Origin: Pyrodictium abyssi
Lineage (GTDB): Archaea; Thermoproteota; Thermoprotei_A; Sulfolobales; Pyrodictiaceae
Assembly: GCF_036323395.1 (NCBI RefSeq)
Contig: NZ_AP028907.1
Span: 900,001-932,000 of the forward strand
DNA length: 32,000 nt
Reading direction: 5' to 3'
How positions within the stretch are numbered: position 1 is the first letter of the stretch; every line of letters starts with the position of its first letter. Shown one piece after another: positions 9,107-16,609 of this stretch. The notes under the pieces are model-generated. The model was given only the letters and a program-made list of their open reading frames with translations, was not told the origin of the DNA and searched no databases. A program made the translations under genes and the position numbers.

Positions 9107-9346
9107 CTAGCCTAGCTCCGTCTTGCGGGAAAAGTCCATAATAGACATTGTGAGTATCTTGTTCCCCTTCACCCTAACCACTATGTCGTTCTCCGTGAGT
9201 ATGGCCTCATCGGCTTCCTCGTCGATGTCGCCGAAATGTATATAGAGGATATCGCTCTGCCTATCGTATTCTATCCATATCTTCTCTACGTCCTCTATGC
9301 AGAAGCTCTTTCTCCTTGCTTCCTCCTGCTGCCCCTGCTCTTGCAC
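9107..9346 (-). CDS. DUF2283-family small protein
   Basis: 79 aa. The pattern IEYDRQSDILYIHFGD...ILTENDIVVRVKGNKILTMSIMDFS matches the DUF2283 pattern (yD.e.D.lyi.f......gi.v..d..g.i.gieI.d.s) as I recall it. Confidence 0.6.
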   Translation of the reverse strand: MQEQGQQEEARRKSFCIEDVEKIWIEYDRQSDILYIHFGDIDEEADEAILTENDIVVRVKGNKILTMSIMDFSRKTELG

Positions 9347-9437
9347 GCGGCTCCACCACGGCTGCAGAGGAGTCTACCGAGGATAATGAAGCTCGCTGCC
9401 ATAGCTGCTAGTATTGCTGAGGCTAGCTCGGCCCCCT

Positions 9438-10160
9438 CTAGCATTCCCCTCTGCCCAGGTATGCTCTCAGTAGGTCACGCTCAGTTACTATTGCTCGTGC
9501 AAGCCTCTCCTCGTCAAGCAGTAGTAGAGCTCTCTCGTTCACAGCCAGTATAACCTCTGCTGCGTCGGATACGAGCGCTTGCTCGTACTCCAGTACTGGG
9601 GCTGGTGTAGAATGGCTAGCTAGCGGCTCGAGGAGAGTCTCCTCGACAGGCTTCCTAGCTATAGCCATCAGTATGGACGACATGGTTGCCATATAGTACT
9701 CGCCGTCTATGCTGAGAGGTAGTCTCCTGAACCCCTTCTCGTACATGTAGCCTAGAGCCTCTATGAGAGGCTCGCTAGGATCCCCCATAACTATGCTGTG
9801 GGTAGCATAGCATCTAGCAGGCTCTGCACGCCCCATAGTGGATACCGCGTAGTCTAGCTCCGTGTAGGCCGAGACAAGGCGGCCTGCTTCGTCCACCACG
9901 GGTAGGAATCCTATTCCACGCCGAAGCATTATCTCGGCTGCTTCGTTGAGCCCCACCTCCCCTCTTATGACATAGGGAGGTCTACTGGCTATCTCGTGAA
10001 CGCTGGTCTCAAGTGCGGCCCGGAAATCGAATCTTTCAACAGTACCCGCTTCCTCGAACAATTCCAGTACGTGGCGCGCCAGGTCTTTAACCGAAACTAT
10101 GCCCACGAGAAGCCCATCATCCTCTACTATGGCTGCATGGCTTATACCGCGTGTACCCAT
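9438..10160 (-). CDS. CBS-domain protein (about four CBS repeats)
   Basis: Repeated CBS signatures are present (GISHAAIVEDDGLLVGIVSVKDLARHV, GIGFLPVVDEAGRLVSAYTELD, GFRRLPLSIDGEYYMATMSSI, ERALLLLDEERLARAIVTERDLL). CBS-like sequence continues upstream of the first ATG; see the finding on this start. Confidence 0.8.
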   Translation of the reverse strand: MGTRGISHAAIVEDDGLLVGIVSVKDLARHVLELFEEAGTVERFDFRAALETSVHEIASRPPYVIRGEVGLNEAAEIMLRRGIGFLPVVDEAGRLVSAYTELDYAVSTMGRAEPARCYATHSIVMGDPSEPLIEALGYMYEKGFRRLPLSIDGEYYMATMSSILMAIARKPVEETLLEPLASHSTPAPVLEYEQALVSDAAEVILAVNERALLLLDEERLARAIVTERDLLRAYLGRGEC

Positions 10161-10327
10161 AAGCCGGATAGCCTTAGCTATAGTAGTCGTGGGGTCAAGC
10201 GTCTCGTAGAAACGTAGTGCCAGGGCCAGCTACACCCGGTACCAGCATCTATGCTAGGGAGTGATTAGAATCCTTTTTCTCGCAGCGAGGCGTTACACCA
10301 GGATATGTAGTAACGTGGTGGTCAGGT

Positions 10328-10651
10328 GTGGAGGAAGCACTACGTGCATATATAACTGAGGGAGATGGGTACGTAGATATACAGATCTATGTGAAGCCCG
10401 AGGCAAGGTTTACCGGACTACGTCTAGAGGCAGGGGATCTCGTATTCTACACCGAGGAGCCGCCGGTAGAGGGCCGCGCAAACGCGAGCATAATCCGGTT
10501 CTTCTCGAGGCTCTTCCGTGTCTCGCCCTCGATGGTGGACATAGTATATGGGGCGCGGAGCCGCACTAAGCGGATACGCGTCAAGGGGGTGACAGCGGAC
10601 CAGGCAATCCAGAAGATAATCGAGGCGCTACGGGAGAGCGAGGGAAGCTAG
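10328..10651 (+). CDS. DUF167 (YggU/UPF0235) family protein
   Basis: 107 aa with a GTG start. The pattern IYVKPEARFTGLRLEAGDLVFYTEEPPVEGRANASIIRFFSRLFRVSPSMVDIVYGARSRTKRIRVKG fits the DUF167 consensus (v.PgA....i....g.l.v.v.apPveGkAN..l..fLak.l.v....v.iv.G..sR.K.v.i.g). Confidence 0.65.
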   Translation: MEEALRAYITEGDGYVDIQIYVKPEARFTGLRLEAGDLVFYTEEPPVEGRANASIIRFFSRLFRVSPSMVDIVYGARSRTKRIRVKGVTADQAIQKIIEALRESEGS

Positions 10652-10705
10652 AGCCTACTTATCCTGGCGGGCTTTACTGGGCTACAGCCGCGGGGGCTAT
10701 GCGTT

Positions 10706-12703
10706 TTGCCAGAGCAGCCGTCAAGGAAAGTATACGAGTCGGCGCCCCAGCGTGTGCTAGCCAGAGCAGTAGCAGCGGTGCTCGAGCAGCAGGGAGTAGA
10801 GCTAAGCCAGCAAGAGCGCCAACAGATAGAATACATAGTGGCCGAGTCCCCGAGGCCAGAGCTAGGAGACTATGGGATACCACTAGCGAGGTATGCGAAG
10901 CGCTACAGAATAAACATGGATAAGTTCTTCGAGGAGGCATCAGTCCTGCTTACGAGAGAGCCCATTGTGGCCGAAGCTAAGCGTGTCGGGGGCTACCTCA
11001 ACATAGCGATAGACGCTGCGAACGCAGCAAGGCTTGTCTTCGAGGCAGTCCGCCTTGAGGGGTTTGACTACGGCCGCGTAAAGACCGATAAGCCGGAGAG
11101 AATAGTAGTAGAGCATACCAGTGCTAACCCTGTACACCCCCTCCACATAGGCCACGCGAGGAATGCTAGCCTCGGCGACGCCCTGGCACGTTTACTCCGT
11201 GCGCGGGGCCACATAGTCCAGACACGGTTCTACATAAACGACATGGGGCGCCAGGTAGCAGTACTAGCCTACGGCTACATAGCCGCCGGCCTAGACAAGC
11301 CGCCCGAGGGTGTGAAGCCCGACCACTGGATAGGCCTAGTCTACGCGATAACACACACACTGGCCGACATAGAGGAGCTGAAGAAGAAGCTGGAGCAGCT
11401 CAAGAAGGAGGAGAAGTACGACGAGTACCGCCAGCTCCTCCGCGAGCTCGACGAGCTAGTAGCGGTAGCCTCTAGGCTGAGAGAGCGCGACCCAGAACTC
11501 TTCGGGCGGATAGCTGACGCCATAAAGGGCAGCGACCCTGCTGCAGAGATTTCGAAGCTGATGCAGATCTACGAGTACCGCCGCGACCCCGAGAAGGTCG
11601 AGCTGTTCCGCAGAGTAGTAGAGCTATGCCTTCAGGGCTTCCGCGAGACACTCTCAAGGCTCGGCATAGAGATAGAGAAGTGGGACTGGGAGAGCGAGCT
11701 AGCATGGACCAGCATGGTCTCCAAGATACTCGAGCAAGCCCGCCGTAGCCCCTACGCCACGGTGCACAAGGGTGCTCTCGCCCTAAACCTGCAGCCCTTG
11801 CTCCGCGACCCAGTAGTCCGGGAACGGCTAGGCCTATCCGAGGACTACGAGGTGCCGCCACTAATACTCCAGAGGAGTGATGGTACGACGCTCTACACTA
11901 CCAGGGACATAGCCTACAGCATCAAGAAGTTCAGGGAGTTCAACGCCGACCGTGTATTCAACGTGATAGCGGCGGAGCAGAGGCTGGAACAGCTACAGGT
12001 AAGGCTAGCACTCATAGCGCTCGGGTACCGCCGCGAAGGGCTAAACCTGGTGCACTACGCCTACGAGATAGTAAACCTCCCTGGCCAGAAGATGAGCGGC
12101 CGCCGCGGCCGCTACATAACCCTCGACGAGCTAATAGACCAAGCAGTGGCGATAGCCCGCCAGGAGGTAGAGAAGCGGAGCCCAGACCTACCCGAAGAGG
12201 AGAAACAAAGGATAGCCGAGGCAGTAGGTACAGCAGCGGTACGCTACACCCTAGTATCAGTATCCGCGCCAAAGCCCATGACCTTCAACATCGACGAGGC
12301 GCTAAACTTTGACCGGAACAGTGCCCCCTACATACTATACACACACGCCCGCGCAGCCAGCATACTATCGAAGGCCCGCGAGCGCGGCATACAGCTAGAC
12401 TGGAACAGCATAGACTACAGCGCAGCTAGCGAGAACCAGCTCCGCCGCAGCCTGGTGATCCAAGCCCTAGTCTACCCCTACGTCTTCGCCAAGGCGGCCG
12501 ACGAGCAGCGCCCAGAACTGATAGTAGCCTACCTCAACAGGCTAGCAGACACCTTCAACAAGTGGTACACCAGCGGCGATAACGCCGTCAACGAGCCGGA
12601 CAGAAGAAAGCAAATGTTCAAACTAGCGCTAGTATACACAGTCAAGCAGATACTCGCGAACGCCCTAGACCTGCTAGGCATAAAAGCAATAGACCGGATG
12701 TAA
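10706..12703 (+). CDS. argS: Arginyl-tRNA synthetase
   Basis: 665 aa. It has VVEHTSANPVHPLHIGHARNASLGD (HIGH), LPGQKMSGRRGRYITLDEL (the ArgRS variant of KMSKS) and the anticodon-binding tail PYILYTHARAASIL. The TTG start at 10706 is uncertain. Confidence 0.93.
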   Translation: MPEQPSRKVYESAPQRVLARAVAAVLEQQGVELSQQERQQIEYIVAESPRPELGDYGIPLARYAKRYRINMDKFFEEASVLLTREPIVAEAKRVGGYLNIAIDAANAARLVFEAVRLEGFDYGRVKTDKPERIVVEHTSANPVHPLHIGHARNASLGDALARLLRARGHIVQTRFYINDMGRQVAVLAYGYIAAGLDKPPEGVKPDHWIGLVYAITHTLADIEELKKKLEQLKKEEKYDEYRQLLRELDELVAVASRLRERDPELFGRIADAIKGSDPAAEISKLMQIYEYRRDPEKVELFRRVVELCLQGFRETLSRLGIEIEKWDWESELAWTSMVSKILEQARRSPYATVHKGALALNLQPLLRDPVVRERLGLSEDYEVPPLILQRSDGTTLYTTRDIAYSIKKFREFNADRVFNVIAAEQRLEQLQVRLALIALGYRREGLNLVHYAYEIVNLPGQKMSGRRGRYITLDELIDQAVAIARQEVEKRSPDLPEEEKQRIAEAVGTAAVRYTLVSVSAPKPMTFNIDEALNFDRNSAPYILYTHARAASILSKARERGIQLDWNSIDYSAASENQLRRSLVIQALVYPYVFAKAADEQRPELIVAYLNRLADTFNKWYTSGDNAVNEPDRRKQMFKLALVYTVKQILANALDLLGIKAIDRM

Positions 12704-12737
12704 TAGAAGCACCTACCCGGCCAGCCTCCAGAAAGGC

Positions 12738-12815
12738 GGGCCCGTAGCCTAGCTAGGATAGGGCGCCGGCCTTCGGAGCCGGAGGTCCGGGGTTCAAATC
12801 CCCGCGGGCCCGCCA
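12738..12815 (+). tRNA. tRNA-Arg, anticodon TCG, with genomically encoded CCA
   Basis: Hand-folded cloverleaf. Acceptor is GGGCCCG/CGGGCCC. D-arm is GCCT-AGCTAGGATA-GGGC. Anticodon arm is CCGGC-CTTCGGA-GCCGG, with positions 34-36 reading TCG and G37. Variable loop is AGGTC. T-arm is CGGGG-TTCAAAT-CCCCG. Discriminator is G, followed by CCA. It lies 34 nt downstream of the argS stop. Confidence 0.9.
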
Positions 12816-12880
12816 CACTTATAAAACCCACCATCGCCGGTAGGATAACCCTTATAAGTTTTCTCCGGTGTTTCAGCTTC

Positions 12881-13621
12881 TTGGAGCAGGCTGAAACATC
12901 AAAAGTGGTATTCATGTCTGACAAGCAGGAGTGGTGGGAGACCGTTGATCCGGCCAAGCTCGGCGAGGATGTACGATACCGTATCCTAGTCCGTGTTGTC
13001 GAAAAGTATGGCCGTAAGAGGGTTCGCGAGGAGACGGGTATTAGTAGGGTCACCTTGTGGAGACTCATTGAGAGGAAGAGCCCAGTCAAGCCAGAGTACG
13101 TTAAGCCACTACTAAAGCTGCTATCGAGAGAAGAATTTGAAGAACTGGTATCGACAAGGGAGAAGCTTAAGGCCCTAGGCATACTAAGAGATGATGGAAC
13201 TATAGACTATAGCCTCGCCCTAGAGATACTAGCAGTAGCCAAGGACGACGAGTACCTCAAGAACGCGCTGCTAAGGTTCGTTGTCCAGGAGTTCCGGGAA
13301 GACCTCAAGAAGATGCTCGGGATAAGCTTCGCTGGAATAGTGTTGCAGTGGACGGAAGACTTTGAACAGTTTCTTGCTGAGCGTAAGAAGCGTAGAAAGG
13401 TGAAGGACCCAGAAACCCTAAAGTATTACAGAAGCTTGTTCATGAAGTACCTCGAGGGAAAGGAGCTATCCGAGGAGCTTATCGACTACGTTGTAAGCCA
13501 TCCCAACAAGTGGCTAAGGAACGTGTTCAGGCACTACATCCAGTACCTGTACTATAGGAGGAAGATTAGTCCAGAGACATTCGGGTGGATAATGGAGGTA
13601 GTACCGTACAAGAAGTTATAG
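12881..13621 (+). CDS. Integrase, N-terminal (HTH/DNA-binding) portion; probably the 5' part of a frameshifted integrase gene
   Basis: 246-aa ORF whose first ATG is at 12914 (MSDKQEWWETV...). An HTH-like segment is present (RVREETGISRVTLWRLIERK). The ORF ends at TAG 13619..13621, and the catalytic domain continues in the +1 frame from 13602/13629. Confidence 0.55.
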   Translation: MEQAETSKVVFMSDKQEWWETVDPAKLGEDVRYRILVRVVEKYGRKRVREETGISRVTLWRLIERKSPVKPEYVKPLLKLLSREEFEELVSTREKLKALGILRDDGTIDYSLALEILAVAKDDEYLKNALLRFVVQEFREDLKKMLGISFAGIVLQWTEDFEQFLAERKKRRKVKDPETLKYYRSLFMKYLEGKELSEELIDYVVSHPNKWLRNVFRHYIQYLYYRRKISPETFGWIMEVVPYKKL

Positions 13622-13628
13622 GCTTGAT

Positions 13629-14210
13629 GTGAGACCCTACCCGATAGAGTTGGAGGATGTTAGGAAAATGCTTGAATACCTCAAGGACCGCCACAAGGTC
13701 TACTACACCGTTTATCGTGTTATGCTTGAGAGTGGTGCCAGGTTTGAGCACGTGCTCCGGATGATAGAGACGTGGAGCCCCAGGGAGAGGGTTGAGATAC
13801 CCGGCACTAACATCGTTACGAGGAGGCTCGTGTGCTTCGATGATAAAGGCTTCTGCCGCTACTACATGGGGCTAAGGGAGGGAACCAAGCCCTGCGAATG
13901 GGTGTACTTCTCAACGGAGACCCTGGAGTTGCTAGGCCAGGTCGCTCCCAGACATATCAACCGGCACCAGGTGAGGAAGTATGCTGAGAGGCATAATCTC
14001 GTACTACCGAAGTATATGAGGAAGGTCTCGTGGAGGCTAATGGTGAAAGCAATGAGCAGGGAGACCGCCAGATTCATACAGAGCCGCCTAGGAGAGCTGA
14101 GGATAAGTGAGGCACGCTACGAAGACCTCCTAAGCGAGGCAGACCAACAGTACCCAGCATACCTGAAGCTACTAGAGGAGACCCTATCACCATCTATAAG
14201 CAAAGTCTAG
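13629..14210 (+). CDS. Tyrosine recombinase catalytic domain (integrase C-terminal portion)
   Basis: 193 aa. By eye it shows LESGAR (box I Arg), TKPCEWVYF (beta-hairpin Lys), LPKYMRKVSWR (box II xxR), IQSRLGE (Arg at the His/Trp position, as I recall for SSV-type integrases), and SEARYEDL (candidate Tyr nucleophile). Confidence 0.6.
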   Translation: MRPYPIELEDVRKMLEYLKDRHKVYYTVYRVMLESGARFEHVLRMIETWSPRERVEIPGTNIVTRRLVCFDDKGFCRYYMGLREGTKPCEWVYFSTETLELLGQVAPRHINRHQVRKYAERHNLVLPKYMRKVSWRLMVKAMSRETARFIQSRLGELRISEARYEDLLSEADQQYPAYLKLLEETLSPSISKV

Positions 14211-14234
14211 AGAGGCTAGTTTACGGTATCAGGC

Positions 14235-14519
14235 TTACCCTATCCGCCTTTGGAACTTCTCGTATATCTCGTCCCGGTGCCCCACTGCGACTATGTAGAC
14301 GGTGTCACGGCTCGGGATGTAGCAGTAGATGAGGCGGTAGTCTCCTCTCCGGAGCTTGAAGCAGTATAGGCCCCTGAGGCTCGCCGGGAGGCGGAGCCTC
14401 TCGCCGATAAAGGGGTCTCTTTCCAGTTCCCCGACAGCCTCTAGAACCCACTCGACAACCTCCCTCGGCAATCGCTTCAAGTCGCGCCTTGCAGAACCCT
14501 CAATGCGGACCTCCGGCAA
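14235..14519 (-). CDS. RelE/ParE-family type II toxin
   Basis: 94 aa. The pattern SARRDLKRLPREVVEWVLEAVGELERDPFIGERL...LYCFKLRRGDYRLIYCYIPSRDTVYIVAVGHRDEIY is the classic RelE/ParE fold signature (a.kdl.kl.....i...i..l...P..g..l....yr.R.GdYRiiY.i......v.i..v.hR...Y). Confidence 0.75.
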   Translation of the reverse strand: MPEVRIEGSARRDLKRLPREVVEWVLEAVGELERDPFIGERLRLPASLRGLYCFKLRRGDYRLIYCYIPSRDTVYIVAVGHRDEIYEKFQRRIG

Positions 14520-14558
14520 CCCCGGCAGAACCCCGAGACGCTCAGTGCGAGGTATGGC

Positions 14559-14792
14559 TTAGGGGCTACGTTTTCCCTCCTCCCTCTTCTTCTCGCGTAG
14601 AATCTCCTCGACAGCCTCTCTGGCTGGCTCCGTGCCTCGGTCGAGTAGTATATTCAGTGTCCTTTTTGCCAGCTCGCGGCGAAACTCCTCCCTATAGACA
14701 CCCTCCTCGTCACCCTCTGGAACCTCAACCTCCACCACAACCCTAACCCGGGACGCCCCCAGAGACACCCTCACACCACCATACCAGCGCAT
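14559..14792 (-). CDS. Putative cognate antitoxin (possibly RHH-like)
   Basis: The track ORF is 14559..14852 with a GTG start. An in-frame ATG at 14792 gives MRWYGGVRVSLGASRVRVVVEVEVPEGDEEGVYREEFRRELAKRTLNILLDRG.... It sits immediately upstream of the toxin (39-nt gap, same frame) and shows a short beta-strand followed by a helix pattern. Assigned by position only. Confidence 0.4.
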   Translation of the reverse strand: MRWYGGVRVSLGASRVRVVVEVEVPEGDEEGVYREEFRRELAKRTLNILLDRGTEPAREAVEEILREKKREEGKRSP

Positions 14793-14950
14793 GCAGATAG
14801 CCACCGCATCACCGCTCCCAACATCATCGCTCCGCGGCGGCCGCCGTCCCACAGCCCCCCAAAGGGGCTCAACGGCGGCTAACCATTGCCTACTGTAGTA
14901 TGGCTCTATAGAGCTTTATTAAGGTTTCATCTGCCTAGCATTGTCTGTCT

Positions 14951-15964
14951 TCACTTCTTGCCCTGGATAAACTTCGTGAAGACTTCTATAGCGCTGGCTA
15001 GCGAGTGTGCACCAGCTTCTCTTGCTAGCTTGATCATTTTGCTTGGTGTTATGATGTTTACGTTCAAGCCTTCACTACACATCTTCATGTTTTGCTCCTC
15101 AACTGCTTTACGTACTCTGGCCTTAAATTTGTCCTCCCACTCCTCGGTAACTTCATTGAACGTTATGGCTGCTACCTCTCTTACGCATACATCTCTGCCA
15201 ATCTCGTAGCTCCGGGTCTCCTCGTATAAAGGCTTCAGCTTCCCCGCGACGAGCTTCTCTGGGCTGAGCTTCCTAGGGTTTACCTTCACCTCTGCCAGAT
15301 GTAGCTTGACAACGCCGAACTCAACATCTCTGGCTATGAGGTCCAGCTCGGTGATCTTCTCGCCAGCTACCCTAGCCCAGCGCTTCTCGGCTAGACGCCA
15401 CGCACCACCCTTCACGACTGCTAGGAAGGCTATGGCAAGGGCCTCCGCTATGTAGCCAAGTCCATCCCTGCCGACCTGCCTTAACTCATCTTCTGTAAGC
15501 CCGTGCCTAGCAATACGGTCTGCTAACTGGCCATAAGCAGCCCCAAGGTCCCGAATAAGCAGCTGTAAAGTGAAGCCAAGGTCGGAGGCAAGATCCTCCA
15601 CTGCAAACCCTATGGTGCTTCTTAGAATCTCGGGGAGACGTTCAGACAGCTCCTCAGCTATAGGGGGAGGAACAGGGATAGGGAGTGCAAGAAGAATAGT
15701 CCTTCTCAGGCTAGCTAGTAGCGTCTCTAGACTAGGCACGCACTCATAGCTGCCCGCTAGCTCCTTGAGCTTAGCTAACAATGCCGTTAGAGACCTTGGC
15801 CTATACCCACCTCCATACGTTCGTGCAAGAAACTCTACATCCGCGACAACACTATCTACTAATTCAACGAACTCCGAGTAGGGTAGACATCCCTCCCTCC
15901 GGAGCTTTGTGAATAGTTCCTCTATTCGCTCCAGTCTCCTAATCCTATCTGTGAGCGCTTTCAC
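14951..15964 (-). CDS. Uncharacterised protein with a central PD-(D/E)xK (Hjc/YraN-like) nuclease core
   Basis: 337 aa. Residues about 167-228 (nt 15281..15466) read GLGYIAEALAIAFLAVVKGGAWRLAEKRWARVAGEKITELDLIARDVEFGVVKLHLAEVKV. This gives helix-Glu, then ...ELDLIA (Asp), then ...AEVK (ExK), as in YraN (GEIDLIA...vEVK) and Hjc. The N-terminal roughly 165 aa are helical or coiled. The C-terminal roughly 100 aa are unassigned. Confidence 0.5.
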   Translation of the reverse strand: MKALTDRIRRLERIEELFTKLRREGCLPYSEFVELVDSVVADVEFLARTYGGGYRPRSLTALLAKLKELAGSYECVPSLETLLASLRRTILLALPIPVPPPIAEELSERLPEILRSTIGFAVEDLASDLGFTLQLLIRDLGAAYGQLADRIARHGLTEDELRQVGRDGLGYIAEALAIAFLAVVKGGAWRLAEKRWARVAGEKITELDLIARDVEFGVVKLHLAEVKVNPRKLSPEKLVAGKLKPLYEETRSYEIGRDVCVREVAAITFNEVTEEWEDKFKARVRKAVEEQNMKMCSEGLNVNIITPSKMIKLAREAGAHSLASAIEVFTKFIQGKK

Positions 15965-15971
15965 GTCAAAG

Positions 15972-16520
15972 CTAGCGAGCAGAGCTACCTCCCCATAATC
16001 TAGGGATTATTTTGGTAAGCTTATGTACTTGCTCTGGGCTTAGTCTCACATAGCCGGCCCTGTAGAGGGAGTAGATTACCGGGTACTTCAGATGCATGAA
16101 GACCTCGGCTATAGATTTATCATTCTCGGCTTTCTCCTCCACTAAGTGCCTCCATGTTGGTATGTTGTACTTCTCCCCGTAGCGTAGGTTATACTCAAGC
16201 TTCTCGACGTAGTCTTCTAGGCTCTTCTCTGGATCGGGGTACTCCTTCAGACACTTCTTCAACCACTCAACGGCCTCCTCCTTGGTTACTAGGGGTGGTA
16301 GCTTTCCATCCCTGGTTTTCGGACCCTTGATTGCTACTGGTAGTACTGCCCAACAAAACGCTAGCCTTCCATCGGGTATGGGTATCTTCTCCTTGACAAG
16401 CACCTCAACCCATCCAAATCCTTCTAGCCTAGCATCGTATTCTATCTCCCCGAGGATGGGATCAACAGCTCTTCTCCACTCGGATATTGTAAGAGTTTTC
16501 AATGGTTTTCGCTTCGGCAA
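15972..16520 (-). CDS. Hypothetical protein, first gene of a two-gene cassette
   Basis: 182-aa ORF with a TTG start and no upstream ATG/GTG in frame. It ends 7 nt before the start of 14951..15964 on the same strand. I recognise no motif. Confidence 0.5.
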   Translation of the reverse strand: MPKRKPLKTLTISEWRRAVDPILGEIEYDARLEGFGWVEVLVKEKIPIPDGRLAFCWAVLPVAIKGPKTRDGKLPPLVTKEEAVEWLKKCLKEYPDPEKSLEDYVEKLEYNLRYGEKYNIPTWRHLVEEKAENDKSIAEVFMHLKYPVIYSLYRAGYVRLSPEQVHKLTKIIPRLWGGSSAR

Positions 16521-16609
16521 CTCGATGTTTAGCCTGAGGTCTGACTCCTCTAGCGCTAGGAAGAAGCCTAGTACCCTCAGATACTTCTCTGGATTTACTA
16601 TCCTACCCC

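Larger units (their letters stand above)
12816..16609. mobile_element. Decayed integrated element (provirus or integrative-plasmid remnant) adjoining tRNA-Arg; the right boundary is approximate
   Basis: A tyrosine integrase lies directly next to the tRNA 3' end. The cargo is a TA pair plus orphan genes. GC is locally lower: sampled 60-nt blocks at 15001 and 16021 give 43% and 50%, versus about 60% sampled in argS. I found no second copy of the tRNA 3' half, and the region ends at a truncated copA remnant. Confidence 0.5.

Noticed and set aside
12869-12898. Perfect 9-bp inverted repeat TGTTTCAGC / GCTGAAACA with a 12-nt loop, overlapping the start of the integrase ORF
   Set aside because: A 9-bp hairpin with a flexible loop is expected about twice by chance in 32 kb. 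It is only noteworthy for its position, with no second copy or other supporting feature.
12529-13182. 217-aa minus-strand ORF spanning the argS 3' end, the tRNA-Arg gene and the integrase 5' end
   Set aside because: It overlaps three independently supported features, including a tRNA. It is a Ser/Leu/Arg-rich low-complexity translation.
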